Below are positions 37,971 to 47,351 of a stretch of DNA of 64,000 nt, in pieces. A model generated the notes under the pieces. The model ran no database searches and was not told the DNA's origin. It saw nothing but the letters and a program-made list of their open reading frames with translations. The stretch covers positions 1-64,000 of IMG/VR virus record IMGVR_UViG_3300021429_002604. One strand, 5' to 3'. Origin of the DNA: a virus. The translations under genes were made by a program, and so were the position numbers. Each line of letters opens with the position of its first letter. The stretch's first letter is position 1.

Positions 37971-38915
37971 ATGATACAAGAATTATTAACAGAGAAACTT
38001 AGACCAAAAGAGCTAAGACATATGATTCTCCCTCAGAGAATCTCTAAGATATTTGAGAATGGATTAAATCAGAACGTTCTTTTAAGCGGTCCTCCAGGAT
38101 GTGGAAAAACAACTTTAGCAAAAATTTTAGCTGCTCCGTATCCGCATATTTTTATAAACGGATCCGATGAAAGCTCGGTTGAAACTATCAGAGTCAAGAT
38201 AAATGATTTCTGTTCAACTATATCAGTCCTAGATGGTAGATCGTCTAAGAAGGTTGTTATATTGGATGAGTTTGACGGGGTATCAGATCAGTTTCACAAA
38301 GCCCTCCGCGGAACTATTGAGAAGTTTGCTAGCAATACAAGATTCGTTGCAACCTGCAACTATATAAATAAGATTCCCGATGCAATCCAGAGTAGATTTG
38401 AGGTTATTGATTTTAATCCAGTTAGCAACGACGAGGAGGAATCATTAAAAGCAGAATGGAACAAGAGGGTAAGCCTTATATTATCAAAGCTTAATATCTC
38501 GATCGATGCAGATTCTCTATTGGAGTTCCAAAAGAACTACTACCCAGATTTCAGATCGGCATTGAATAAGATCCAAAGTTGGAACATCGAGAATGTGACC
38601 GTGGTGGATTCTAAAAAAATGCAGGAGCTTGGATGGTCTTATGAATCTTTATATGATCTAATAGTAACATCTAAAGACCCGGTTAAAAATTATCAAACAA
38701 TAGTTGGTGAATATCAAGGTAAGGTTGATGATGTGATGTCTGCCCTTGGCGAGGAGTTTATTAAATGGATAATTGATAACAAACCAGAATTAAGAAAAAT
38801 AATCCCTGGTGTTATCATCCTTGTTGCAGATCACCAATCACAAAGAAACCAGGTGATTGACCCTATGGTTTCTCTTCTATCACTTGTTTATCAAATACAG
38901 AAATTAGTAGAATAG
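37971..38915 (+). CDS. gp44: Sliding-clamp loader AAA+ subunit (gp44/RFC-like)
   Basis: TEKLRP, GPPGCGKTT, VILDEFD, TCNY, IQSRF. Confidence 0.93.
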   Translation: MIQELLTEKLRPKELRHMILPQRISKIFENGLNQNVLLSGPPGCGKTTLAKILAAPYPHIFINGSDESSVETIRVKINDFCSTISVLDGRSSKKVVILDEFDGVSDQFHKALRGTIEKFASNTRFVATCNYINKIPDAIQSRFEVIDFNPVSNDEEESLKAEWNKRVSLILSKLNISIDADSLLEFQKNYYPDFRSALNKIQSWNIENVTVVDSKKMQELGWSYESLYDLIVTSKDPVKNYQTIVGEYQGKVDDVMSALGEEFIKWIIDNKPELRKIIPGVIILVADHQSQRNQVIDPMVSLLSLVYQIQKLVE

Positions 38916-39446
38916 ATGAGAAGAGTAATATTAGTTGGTAAGGGTGGTTCAGGAAAAGATCACGCAAGAAAGCTTTTAGAAGATAGAGGATTTAGATATT
39001 GCGTTTCACACACGACAAGGCCTCCTAGAGAGGGTGAGATACAGGGAAAAGATTATCATTTTATAAGCAGAGATGCTGCTGCCCACGATTTTGAAGCGAA
39101 GGGACTTTTCTATGAATATGTTATATTTAATGGATGGGTATACGGAACCACGAAGGAGGAGTTCGTAAAATCAAATCTATTTATAATGACACCATCAGGG
39201 ATAGCTAAACTCCTTCCTGAAGATAGAAAAGAATCATTAATAGTTTATTTAGATATAGACGAAGAAACAAGAAGACTGAGACTTTTAGGCCGGAGAGATG
39301 CTGATAGCGTGGAGAGAAGATTAAAAGCTGACGACGACGATTTTGAAAACTTTAAAGATTTTGACCATAGAATAGTAGACCCTGAATTCTCAATTGATGA
39401 GGAATGGGCTTCGGTTGAGAATTATAAAACGGAACAATTAAAATAA
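38916..39446 (+). CDS. gmk: Guanylate kinase-like nucleotide kinase
   Basis: GKGGSGKD, SHTTRPPREGEIQGKDYHF, WVYGT. Confidence 0.9.
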   Translation: MRRVILVGKGGSGKDHARKLLEDRGFRYCVSHTTRPPREGEIQGKDYHFISRDAAAHDFEAKGLFYEYVIFNGWVYGTTKEEFVKSNLFIMTPSGIAKLLPEDRKESLIVYLDIDEETRRLRLLGRRDADSVERRLKADDDDFENFKDFDHRIVDPEFSIDEEWASVENYKTEQLK

Positions 39447-39449
39447 AAT

Positions 39450-40598
39450 ATGGTTAATATACTGATAGACGGAAATTACATCTTTCATAAAACATTCGGA
39501 ATATTCGGCGGTTACGGAAATGTCGATCCAGGTAAGATACTTAAGGATAAATCTGAACAAGCAGCTTTTATTAGAAAAGTATCAACTGATCTCTGTTCTT
39601 CCCTAAAGATGATACCTCAGGGTGGTAGATTAGTTTTCACCGCAGATAGCAGAAGTTGGAGAAAGGATATTGAAATAGAGGACGGTGGTTATAAATCAGG
39701 AAGAGTTAAGGACGAAGCCGTTGACTGGACTATCTTTTTTGAACTTATGCAATCATTTGGTTCTCATCTCGAAAAGATGGGATTTATTTTTTCTAAGGTC
39801 GAAGGAGCTGAAGGTGATGATCTTCTAATGTTTTGGTCGGATCACTTTAATAGCAAAAAAGAAAATTGTATAATCATAACGGGTGATAAAGATCTACATC
39901 AGTTAGCAAAAATATCTGGAGGTTCATGGACTGCCATATGGAATAATAATTCGAAGAAGAATACCATATCTGTTCCGAGAGGATGGAAAGAATCATGGCT
40001 TGATAAGAACGAGTCAGTTAACATTTTTAATATGGCTTCAACAATCTCTCCCGAGAAGGAAAGATTTAAAGACTTCCTAAAGAAGGTTCAAATCGAAGAA
40101 ATTGAGAGCAGACCTTTTATATTCAATAAGATACTCATTGGCGATAAAGGTGATTCTGTTCCCGGTGTATTCACTTACATGCAAAACAATAAACCAGTCA
40201 ATTTTACGCAGAAGAAATCTGATACCGTATACGAAGCATTTTTAGAATCTGAATGGTGTGACGAATCTTTCGGAACACTAGTCAACTCATCGGAAAGTGA
40301 AGAATTTCTAAACTGGTTAAGTGGATTAGTAATTAGAACATCTAAGGGTGTTGATAGCTCCGAGAATAGAATTAAGGTAAAATCTAATATAATTAGAAAC
40401 TTTAAGCTCATGTGGTTAAATTCATCAATGATACCCGATTTTGTTACTAATGGATGTATGGATGAAATATCAAGAGGTATTTCGCTAGAAAAAAGATCGG
40501 TAACTCTAGATAGAATTAAAATATTAGAAGGAACCGAATGGGTTACCTCCGGATATCAACCTAGGGGATTCGATCCTTTTGAACATCTTATAAAATAA
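39450..40598 (+). CDS. 5'-3' exonuclease / RNase H (flap endonuclease family)
   Basis: ILIDGN, EGDDL, ITGDKDLHQL, LIGDKGDSVP. Confidence 0.88.
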   Translation: MVNILIDGNYIFHKTFGIFGGYGNVDPGKILKDKSEQAAFIRKVSTDLCSSLKMIPQGGRLVFTADSRSWRKDIEIEDGGYKSGRVKDEAVDWTIFFELMQSFGSHLEKMGFIFSKVEGAEGDDLLMFWSDHFNSKKENCIIITGDKDLHQLAKISGGSWTAIWNNNSKKNTISVPRGWKESWLDKNESVNIFNMASTISPEKERFKDFLKKVQIEEIESRPFIFNKILIGDKGDSVPGVFTYMQNNKPVNFTQKKSDTVYEAFLESEWCDESFGTLVNSSESEEFLNWLSGLVIRTSKGVDSSENRIKVKSNIIRNFKLMWLNSSMIPDFVTNGCMDEISRGISLEKRSVTLDRIKILEGTEWVTSGYQPRGFDPFEHLIK

Positions 40599-40604
40599 AA
40601 GATA

Positions 40605-41024
40605 ATGCAGCTTTTTGATATAGTTAAAAATATATTTTCGACAAACGACAAGAACTGGAAATCTGTGGGGAGGATCGATAAATCAAGGAATTTTTTCATG
40701 GTTAATCGAATAATGTCTATACAGTTCCCCATCCAGGCGAACCAGTTCAATAAATTAAAAGTTACCCCTGCACCTGTTGTTGATTGGTGGAGAGACACAC
40801 TATCGCATAGATTTAGCAAACCACCGGTCTGGATATACACCAAAACAAAAAAGGTGGAAAAGCAGGAGGAAACACAAATCAAGGAATCTCCTGAGGTTGA
40901 GTCCTTTATAAGGGATAAATACAAGATAACAAGAAGGGATCTTCTCCAGATAAAAGAATTCTATCCGGATAGATACCAAGCATGGCTATCCGATATAGCT
41001 GAACAAACCGGACTTCAAAAATAG
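40605..41024 (+). CDS. Possible clamp loader small subunit (gp62-like)
   Basis: FFMVNRIMS...ANQFN...W weakly resembles gp62. Confidence 0.45.
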   Translation: MQLFDIVKNIFSTNDKNWKSVGRIDKSRNFFMVNRIMSIQFPIQANQFNKLKVTPAPVVDWWRDTLSHRFSKPPVWIYTKTKKVEKQEETQIKESPEVESFIRDKYKITRRDLLQIKEFYPDRYQAWLSDIAEQTGLQK

Positions 41025-41038
41025 GAATATATAGAGGA

Positions 41039-41593
41039 ATGAAAAAAGGGAATAACAAATTAATCGACAAAGTTATCTCAAGTTTAGATTGGGATGCTAT
41101 TTACGAGGTGAACAAGTGCTTTAAGCATGGAGTAGGAGACGGAACTTCAGCTATACCTGGTGTTAAAAGAAAACCCTTTGCTGACGGGATAACTAAGAAT
41201 GACATAAAGAATGAACTAAAAAGTCTTCTTAAATATGTCATAGAGAATGATTTAGCTGAGGTTATTTATGGATACTGGATGATATTCTGGAATAATGCAG
41301 AATGGTCGGAAGAATCGATCAACCAACTAAGGGATCAGTATGACGAGGATGAAGAGGATGATGAAGATTTTGATGCCATCATATTGGATTCTACCCTGGA
41401 GGTCATATACTCACCTCAGAGAATTTGTGCTATTGAAAATACCCAATTAAAGGATATAAAAAGAGAAGATTCTGATATGAGTAATCTTGAATCTATGCTT
41501 AAAAAAGCTCTGTCTAGGGAACAATATGAACTGGCATCTAAAATAAGAGACGTGATTAAGCTACAAAATAGCTCTGAGCAATCGGATACATAG
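41039..41593 (+). CDS. Hypothetical protein with C-terminal UVR (UvrB/C coiled-coil) motif
   Basis: LESMLKKALSREQYELASKIRD. Confidence 0.7.
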   Translation: MKKGNNKLIDKVISSLDWDAIYEVNKCFKHGVGDGTSAIPGVKRKPFADGITKNDIKNELKSLLKYVIENDLAEVIYGYWMIFWNNAEWSEESINQLRDQYDEDEEDDEDFDAIILDSTLEVIYSPQRICAIENTQLKDIKREDSDMSNLESMLKKALSREQYELASKIRDVIKLQNSSEQSDT

Positions 41594-41597
41594 TCTA

Positions 41598-42077
41598 ATG
41601 AAACACATAATCCCAATAAACGAATTTGATAGTAATGCATTTGGCGACACCTATGGATATGGTGGAGCTAATGGTATATTTAAGATAAATTACAAGCCTT
41701 TCAGTGATCTTTCAGTTTCTGTTGGTCCTGATCCAAACGTGGAGCGTACGGTAAAGGGATCCGAATTCCAATTAGGTGACGTGATCATAGCACAACCACT
41801 ACAATCAAAGAAGGATGTTATTGGCGTAATAGTTAGAGCATTTAGAAATCCGGATAACCAACAATATAGGTATTTTATCCAAGTCTATAATAAGGGTAAG
41901 AAAACTGAAAGAGTCATCGAGGTAAAAAGTGATACCGTTAAATTTGCTGAAGGAGGAGACCACGGAAATATGGAAACCATTTCTAAATACAAAAATAACG
42001 AAATCCCAAGCGCTGCATTCAATTCTAAAACAGTATACAGTTCCAGTGAATTGGGACTTGAGACTACTGGGGGATAA
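41598..42077 (+). CDS. Hypothetical protein with capsid-targeting-like N-terminus and KOW-like segment
   Basis: MKHIIPINEF; FQLGDVI...GVIVR. Confidence 0.65.
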   Translation: MKHIIPINEFDSNAFGDTYGYGGANGIFKINYKPFSDLSVSVGPDPNVERTVKGSEFQLGDVIIAQPLQSKKDVIGVIVRAFRNPDNQQYRYFIQVYNKGKKTERVIEVKSDTVKFAEGGDHGNMETISKYKNNEIPSAAFNSKTVYSSSELGLETTGG

Positions 42078-42084
42078 AATAAAG

Positions 42085-42113
42085 GAAACTAATTCCAATC
42101 CCACGGGTACAAA
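42085..42113 (+). promoter_or_regulatory. Class II promoter: GAAAC-N18-TAhAAw
   Basis: GAAAC(42085)...TACAAA(42108), 21 nt before ATG 42129. Confidence 0.6.
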
Positions 42114-42128
42114 GAATAAAGACATTCG

Positions 42129-43031
42129 ATGGTATCCGGTAACAACCAACCAAATATTTCTTATATCGGGCTTCCCAAAAGAAGCATAAATGGAGAATTT
42201 TCAATATCTTCATATGACGATATGCTTGCTCTCATTCTGGATATATGCCGCATAAATTCAGGTATAATGGCAAAGTCTGTTTGTCTCGATGTCAATGAGT
42301 TAGACATCAGCCAATCCTTCTTCGATGACACCATAGAAGAGGAAGATCCAGTGATATCCTCCAAGATCAATGAAATAAATTCCATCATCAATAAGAATTC
42401 AATTAGAATTTGTTTTTTTGCTGGCAAGGAATATTTTTTGGGTAGCCAATTAGAACAGGTTAGAGACAATACGGTAAGACTATTTAACATACTTGGATCA
42501 ATATTGGATTTACTCGGTGTGGACTATCCATCGATAGTTGTTCGTGTTGGTTCTGCTTATGGAAACAGAAAAGCTACAATGAAATCTTTTTGCGAGCGTG
42601 TCTCTCTGCTCGACAAATCAACAGCAGAAAAGCTTTGTGTTACGAATGACGAAAAGCCTAGTCTTTTTTCAATAACGGATCTTCTGTCCGGAGTTTATTA
42701 TGAATCTGGAATACCTTTATGTTTTCGATCGCTACCTCATCAATTTAATGATGGTGGACTTAGTATTAGAGAGGCACTATTCTTAGCTTCCTCAACGTGG
42801 AAAGCTGGTCAAAGACCTTTCTTTATACATGGTGAATCCGAGGACGTAAATGAATACGGGGTTTCCCTTTCTCCTGTCCCAGCAAGATCATTAAGCAGAA
42901 GAATACCAACATTTGGTTTGGAATGCGATATCGTAATAGATTCACCATCAGGGGAATCAGCTTATATCGAATATCTAAAGAATTATAAATCACTACCTCC
43001 CGTAGTGATAAACAAAGTTGCTAAGAAATAA
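42129..43031 (+). CDS. UV-damage endonuclease (UvsE/UvdE)-like protein with degenerate active site
   Basis: G.AYG.RKATMKSF...L...NDEK.., IPLCF...HQFN.GGL...EAL.LA.STW resembles UvsE, but several metal ligands are substituted. Confidence 0.7.
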   Translation: MVSGNNQPNISYIGLPKRSINGEFSISSYDDMLALILDICRINSGIMAKSVCLDVNELDISQSFFDDTIEEEDPVISSKINEINSIINKNSIRICFFAGKEYFLGSQLEQVRDNTVRLFNILGSILDLLGVDYPSIVVRVGSAYGNRKATMKSFCERVSLLDKSTAEKLCVTNDEKPSLFSITDLLSGVYYESGIPLCFRSLPHQFNDGGLSIREALFLASSTWKAGQRPFFIHGESEDVNEYGVSLSPVPARSLSRRIPTFGLECDIVIDSPSGESAYIEYLKNYKSLPPVVINKVAKK

Positions 43032-43041
43032 TTTTTTTATT

Positions 43042-43063
43042 TCGAGTTTATTGTTTATATTTA
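43042..43063 (+). promoter_or_regulatory. Class I promoter (variant)
   Basis: TCG-agtttattgtt-TATATTTA upstream of the exonuclease. Confidence 0.55.
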
Positions 43064-43081
43064 CAGAAATTTTAGAGACCC

Positions 43082-43783
43082 ATGTTTAAAAAAGAAGCAA
43101 TACAGAATTTTTTATATTTTGACGTCGAGACCGCATGTGCGTACGAAGGATACGAAACGATGAGCGAGCTTAATCCTAGATTAGCTACACTTTGGTCTAA
43201 AAGAGCGAATTATTATAGAGGAGCAAATACGGAATTGGCAGGAGCTACCGACGGTGAGATATTTTTACAGAAAGGTTCACTAGAACCTGAATTTTCAAGA
43301 GTTGTTTGTGTTACCTTTGGTACATTCACAGAGGATGGTGAGAAAAAATTCATTTCTTTTGCAGGTCAGGATGAGATTGATATTCTTAATAAAACAAACA
43401 AGGTTTTAAATAATGCCATGGCTAAGAACTGGAAGCTATGTGGACATAATATTAAAGGATTCGATGTGCCATGCCTAGGTAAAAGAATGGTCTTTAATGG
43501 AATAAACCCCTCGGGTAATATTCAGATTTGGGACAAGAAGCCATGGGAAATACCCTATGTCGACACCTCAGATATTTTTGCTTTTGGAAGCTGGGTACAA
43601 CAAAAATATCTAAGTCTTGATCTATTGGCTTGTTCGCTTAATATACCATCACCAAAAGGTGATCTTGACGGATCTAAAGTTAATCACACCTATTGGATAG
43701 AGAAGGATTATGATAAGATCTCCACCTACTGTGAAGCTGATGTGAAAACAGTAATGGACGTCATGGAGAAGGTCTGCTTCTAG
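43082..43783 (+). CDS. DEDD 3'-5' exonuclease (PolB exonuclease-related)
   Basis: YFDVET, GHNIKGFD, YCEAD. Confidence 0.9.
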   Translation: MFKKEAIQNFLYFDVETACAYEGYETMSELNPRLATLWSKRANYYRGANTELAGATDGEIFLQKGSLEPEFSRVVCVTFGTFTEDGEKKFISFAGQDEIDILNKTNKVLNNAMAKNWKLCGHNIKGFDVPCLGKRMVFNGINPSGNIQIWDKKPWEIPYVDTSDIFAFGSWVQQKYLSLDLLACSLNIPSPKGDLDGSKVNHTYWIEKDYDKISTYCEADVKTVMDVMEKVCF

Positions 43784-43808
43784 CAAATACAAAACCACAC
43801 AATACCTT

Positions 43809-43842
43809 AAAAGCTTTTCTTGATATATAGAGAAAAGCTTTT
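43809..43842 (+). terminator. 12-bp hairpin (likely terminator) with the late promoter GATATATA (43822-43829) in its loop
   Basis: AAAAGCTTTTCT-tgatatatag-AGAAAAGCTTTT, then TT. Confidence 0.65.
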
Positions 43843-43845
43843 TTA

Positions 43846-44661
43846 GTGGACGGAGTATTACATTTTATCGAATTCTTAAAAACCAAAGGGGTTTCTCTTA
43901 ATGAAAGGGAGATAAACCCATTCTATCATGATGAATTAAACCCTGTCTTTTGGACTAAGAAAAAAGACAAGGAGAGGAATGAAAAATGGGTATTTGATCA
44001 AAGGGTAAGAAGAAAGCTTCTCCGAATAGCCAAAGAATTCTTCCTTGATTTCGAGGATATCCTAAAGGAGAAGGATATAGTTGACATCCAACTTACCGGA
44101 TCTCTCTCAAATTACAATTACACCGATTTTTCGGATCTTGATGTTCATATCATAGTAAATCTTAAGGGTATAGACGACGAGAACCCGCAAATTCTTAAAA
44201 GAGCCATAGATGGCATAAGGTTCGCTTGGAACCTTAGACATGATATTAGCATCAGAGGATATGATGTTGAACTATACGTGCAAGACGAGGACGAACCTCA
44301 CACTGCTTCAGCCTTATTTTCCTTATTGAATAACGAGTGGATAAAGAAGCCCGTATACGATCCTCCTTCAATTGATGAGAGGGATGTTGAGAAGAAATAT
44401 AATGGCATAGTTTCTGACATCGAGCAAATACATTCCAGATTAATGATTGACTCTGTACTCCCTACAAATGCAAGACAGCTATATAGGAGATGTATAAAGC
44501 TGAAAGTAAAGATCTTCAAAATGAGAAAGGAAGGGCTTGCAAAAGGAGGGGAAATGTCAATTGGTAATTTAGCTTTTAAAAAGCTCAGAAATGAAGGATA
44601 TATAGAAAAACTGATAAATATCATTTCCAAATCGTACGATAAAATTTACACAGAAAAATAA
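43846..44661 (+). CDS. Pol-beta superfamily nucleotidyltransferase
   Basis: LTGSLSNYNY..FSDLDVHI (GS...DxD) plus a third acidic residue in YDVELYVQ; GTG start. Confidence 0.85.
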   Translation: MDGVLHFIEFLKTKGVSLNEREINPFYHDELNPVFWTKKKDKERNEKWVFDQRVRRKLLRIAKEFFLDFEDILKEKDIVDIQLTGSLSNYNYTDFSDLDVHIIVNLKGIDDENPQILKRAIDGIRFAWNLRHDISIRGYDVELYVQDEDEPHTASALFSLLNNEWIKKPVYDPPSIDERDVEKKYNGIVSDIEQIHSRLMIDSVLPTNARQLYRRCIKLKVKIFKMRKEGLAKGGEMSIGNLAFKKLRNEGYIEKLINIISKSYDKIYTEK

Positions 44662-44669
44662 TACAAAAG

Positions 44670-47282
44670 ATGGTTATATTATTACCCAAGAAAGCAGAAT
44701 ATAAGATAGGAGATGATTTTCCTTTTCTAACTATTCCTTTGGACATGGAAGGTGCAGAAAGTGCATCATTTGAGGATTTTCAATGGTGGTCTACCTCGGA
44801 GAATTTCCAAAAGTGGCTTAAGAACAACCCTAGAGAATGGGTAGCTGATTCAGAAGACATGAGCAGATATAGCGGTAATATAACCGAATATTTGAAAGAG
44901 AATTATGGGTATGATTTCGATGACATTGACATCTCAATTGACGAATCCACTGGTGTTGCTTCGTTCACTCAATTTTCTAAACTGAATGAGGACAAAGGGG
45001 AAAAATCTCAGGATGATCCAACATACAGGGAATCTATTAAATTTCACTTTGCATATAATCAATTGAGATCTACTGGTAAGATAGACGAGACAATGAGTCC
45101 CGACGAAGTTACAGTGGGATCAGATAAAGCAATTTTCATTTCTGGTGAGGATCCCAATACTGGTGATAATATATTGGAGACACTAAAGGCAATTAGGGCA
45201 ACTGGTTTTGTAAAAACCTCAGATGATTCTAAAATAATGCTTTTAAATGTTACCGAGATGGTTCCAGGAGGACCAATCGCGGAGGATGAGACTGCCGAGG
45301 GATTAACCCAGAAAATAGTACAGGATGCTACAATTCTTGCTGCTATGGGTGGAGCAGGAGTGGTTTTATACGGTGCTCTTAAAGTAGCAGGTAGTGCTTG
45401 GGCAGGTAATAAATTACTAAAAACTATATCTGGATTTAGTCCAGCTGCTAAAACTGCTGCTACCGGGGCTAAAACCGCAGGACTATTTAGTAAATTTAAA
45501 AGTTATACAGGAGCGGGTATTAAAAGCATCTGGGGAACAGCTAAATCGATGGCTCTTCTTAAAAACACCAGAATAGTAGGATCTGCCATAGCAAGAGGAG
45601 CAAGAGGAGCTAAAGCAGCATACACATTGGGTAAAGTTGGCGTCGGCGGTGCTATTAAAGCATTTGGAAGAGGACTTACGAGAGGTGCCAGTAAGGGTGG
45701 ATTTAAAGCTATACCTTTCGTCGGTGAGGTTCTAATGGTTATTGATGCTGTTGGATCTACCTGGAATTGGTTTAGTGATAAACAGGCACCCAAATATAAC
45801 GAGGTAAAGGATTTTGCTCATAATGAGATGGATCCTAAGAAATTACCAATCGGTGTTCCCATCACTGTTTGTTGGGCTCAACCTGCTGGTGGTGGATGGG
45901 GAACTGCTGTAAGTTTTCTCTATAACAATGAAACAAGAACAACTGCAGAAATCATAAAGATCGGTGAAAAGAATAACTATTCAGTCTTTATTCTAACCCA
46001 GGTTAATTCAAAAGAAGTACAGAAACAATTGGCAGATCATGAACTGGTAATGATTGCTCTTGATAATAATGATCTTGTAAACGACCAGAGTGGATTTTTC
46101 AATACTGTTGCAAGAATTGTTGATAACGAGGATCTAGATTTTAAAATATCATATGTTGATGGTATTTCTAAACTTACATCGATTTTTAATTTTCAAGGAA
46201 TGTGCGATTGGACTGTTTTCGAAGAGGCATTACAGAATTCTTCGGACCAGCTTATAGTATCTGATACTAGTGCACCCGAAACTTATGAATTCTATTATGA
46301 AGACTCTGAGGAAAATGTTATCAACGTGGCAGGAAGATTAATGACTGACGATGAACTAAGATCAACAACAGATTCCGATCTGCAGAAGATATTCTTACCT
46401 AAGGAGGATAAATCTGATTATGGAACTAGACCCGGAGAGAAAGCACCAGGGGCTAAAGAAAATGAGGAATATGCAGGATATGGATCCTTTATAAATGAAT
46501 CGGAAGTGATCACTAGCTTCTCTGCATTCAATAACAGAATGGATGGCATTAACGAGGACGATAAGGCTGCGGATGCTAAAGTTTCAGGAGGTAAAATAGA
46601 ACTTTCTCAGGAACAACTTGCTGGACCTGCAAAAATCGCGATCTATTGGGTAACCGACAGAGAATATGCGGATCCCGATCTTAGAAAATATAAAGCTGGT
46701 CTATTCACCAACTTCACAATAAATCCCGATGATTATACAGCTAAGCCGGGTCAATCTATTGATGTTGAGCTCAATACCGTTAACGAGGACGTAGAGAATC
46801 CAAAAAGAGGTGTCTATGTTTTCAAGAAGAAGAAAGAAGAAGAGGATAAGAAAGATGATGATAAAATCGTAGTGGTAACAAATCCTAAAGTTGAGGATGA
46901 CGATAAAAATGATGATGCAAAACCGGAGGATAATAAAACATCTGATGACTACTACATCAAGGTTGATCCTAAGGATGTTCAGATCAAGGACAGAAGAAGC
47001 TCAACAGTTATCAAAGATAACTCGGTAACTGGAGGGATAAATCTAATAGATAAATTCCTTACTGATAAGGATAAGGAAGTATTAGGAATCCAAAACTGGA
47101 AGGCAATTACTTTTGCAAAAGCACTACAGGATAACAGAGGAGACGTCGTAGAAGTTAAGCTTAAGAACAGATTTGCTGCATTTGGAGACAAAACTAGAAG
47201 GTATAGAGTTACTGACGGTGAATCTTTCCAAATAGGTAAAACATTTGCATCAGAGGTTGAGGACAGAATAAAATACGAATAA
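44670..47282 (+). CDS. Large putative internal/ejection protein with Gly/Ala/Lys-rich membrane-like segment
   Basis: 870 aa; AILAAMGGAGVVLYGAL...KAIPFVGEVLMVIDAVG; several L/I-N-E sites. Confidence 0.55.
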   Translation: MVILLPKKAEYKIGDDFPFLTIPLDMEGAESASFEDFQWWSTSENFQKWLKNNPREWVADSEDMSRYSGNITEYLKENYGYDFDDIDISIDESTGVASFTQFSKLNEDKGEKSQDDPTYRESIKFHFAYNQLRSTGKIDETMSPDEVTVGSDKAIFISGEDPNTGDNILETLKAIRATGFVKTSDDSKIMLLNVTEMVPGGPIAEDETAEGLTQKIVQDATILAAMGGAGVVLYGALKVAGSAWAGNKLLKTISGFSPAAKTAATGAKTAGLFSKFKSYTGAGIKSIWGTAKSMALLKNTRIVGSAIARGARGAKAAYTLGKVGVGGAIKAFGRGLTRGASKGGFKAIPFVGEVLMVIDAVGSTWNWFSDKQAPKYNEVKDFAHNEMDPKKLPIGVPITVCWAQPAGGGWGTAVSFLYNNETRTTAEIIKIGEKNNYSVFILTQVNSKEVQKQLADHELVMIALDNNDLVNDQSGFFNTVARIVDNEDLDFKISYVDGISKLTSIFNFQGMCDWTVFEEALQNSSDQLIVSDTSAPETYEFYYEDSEENVINVAGRLMTDDELRSTTDSDLQKIFLPKEDKSDYGTRPGEKAPGAKENEEYAGYGSFINESEVITSFSAFNNRMDGINEDDKAADAKVSGGKIELSQEQLAGPAKIAIYWVTDREYADPDLRKYKAGLFTNFTINPDDYTAKPGQSIDVELNTVNEDVENPKRGVYVFKKKKEEEDKKDDDKIVVVTNPKVEDDDKNDDAKPEDNKTSDDYYIKVDPKDVQIKDRRSSTVIKDNSVTGGINLIDKFLTDKDKEVLGIQNWKAITFAKALQDNRGDVVEVKLKNRFAAFGDKTRRYRVTDGESFQIGKTFASEVEDRIKYE

Positions 47283-47318
47283 TCTCAAAAAATAGTAAAA
47301 AATACTGAAACCAGTATT

Positions 47319-47326
47319 GATATATA
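47319..47326 (+). promoter_or_regulatory. Class III (late) promoter GATATATA
   Basis: Intergenic, 33 nt before the protease ATG. Confidence 0.7.
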
Positions 47327-47351
47327 AGAAATACAAAAAGAAGATAGAAAA

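Noticed and set aside
6787-38918. TAG recoding (genetic code 15) or readthrough, suggested by in-frame TAG-linked pairs at 6787-6795 (TAG CAT ATG) and 38913-38918 (TAG ATG)
   Set aside because: Other TAG stops (25108, 41024, 41593, 43783, 53195) lead into short non-coding or out-of-frame sequence. Genes are full length under the standard code, and a clamp loader-GMP kinase fusion is implausible.
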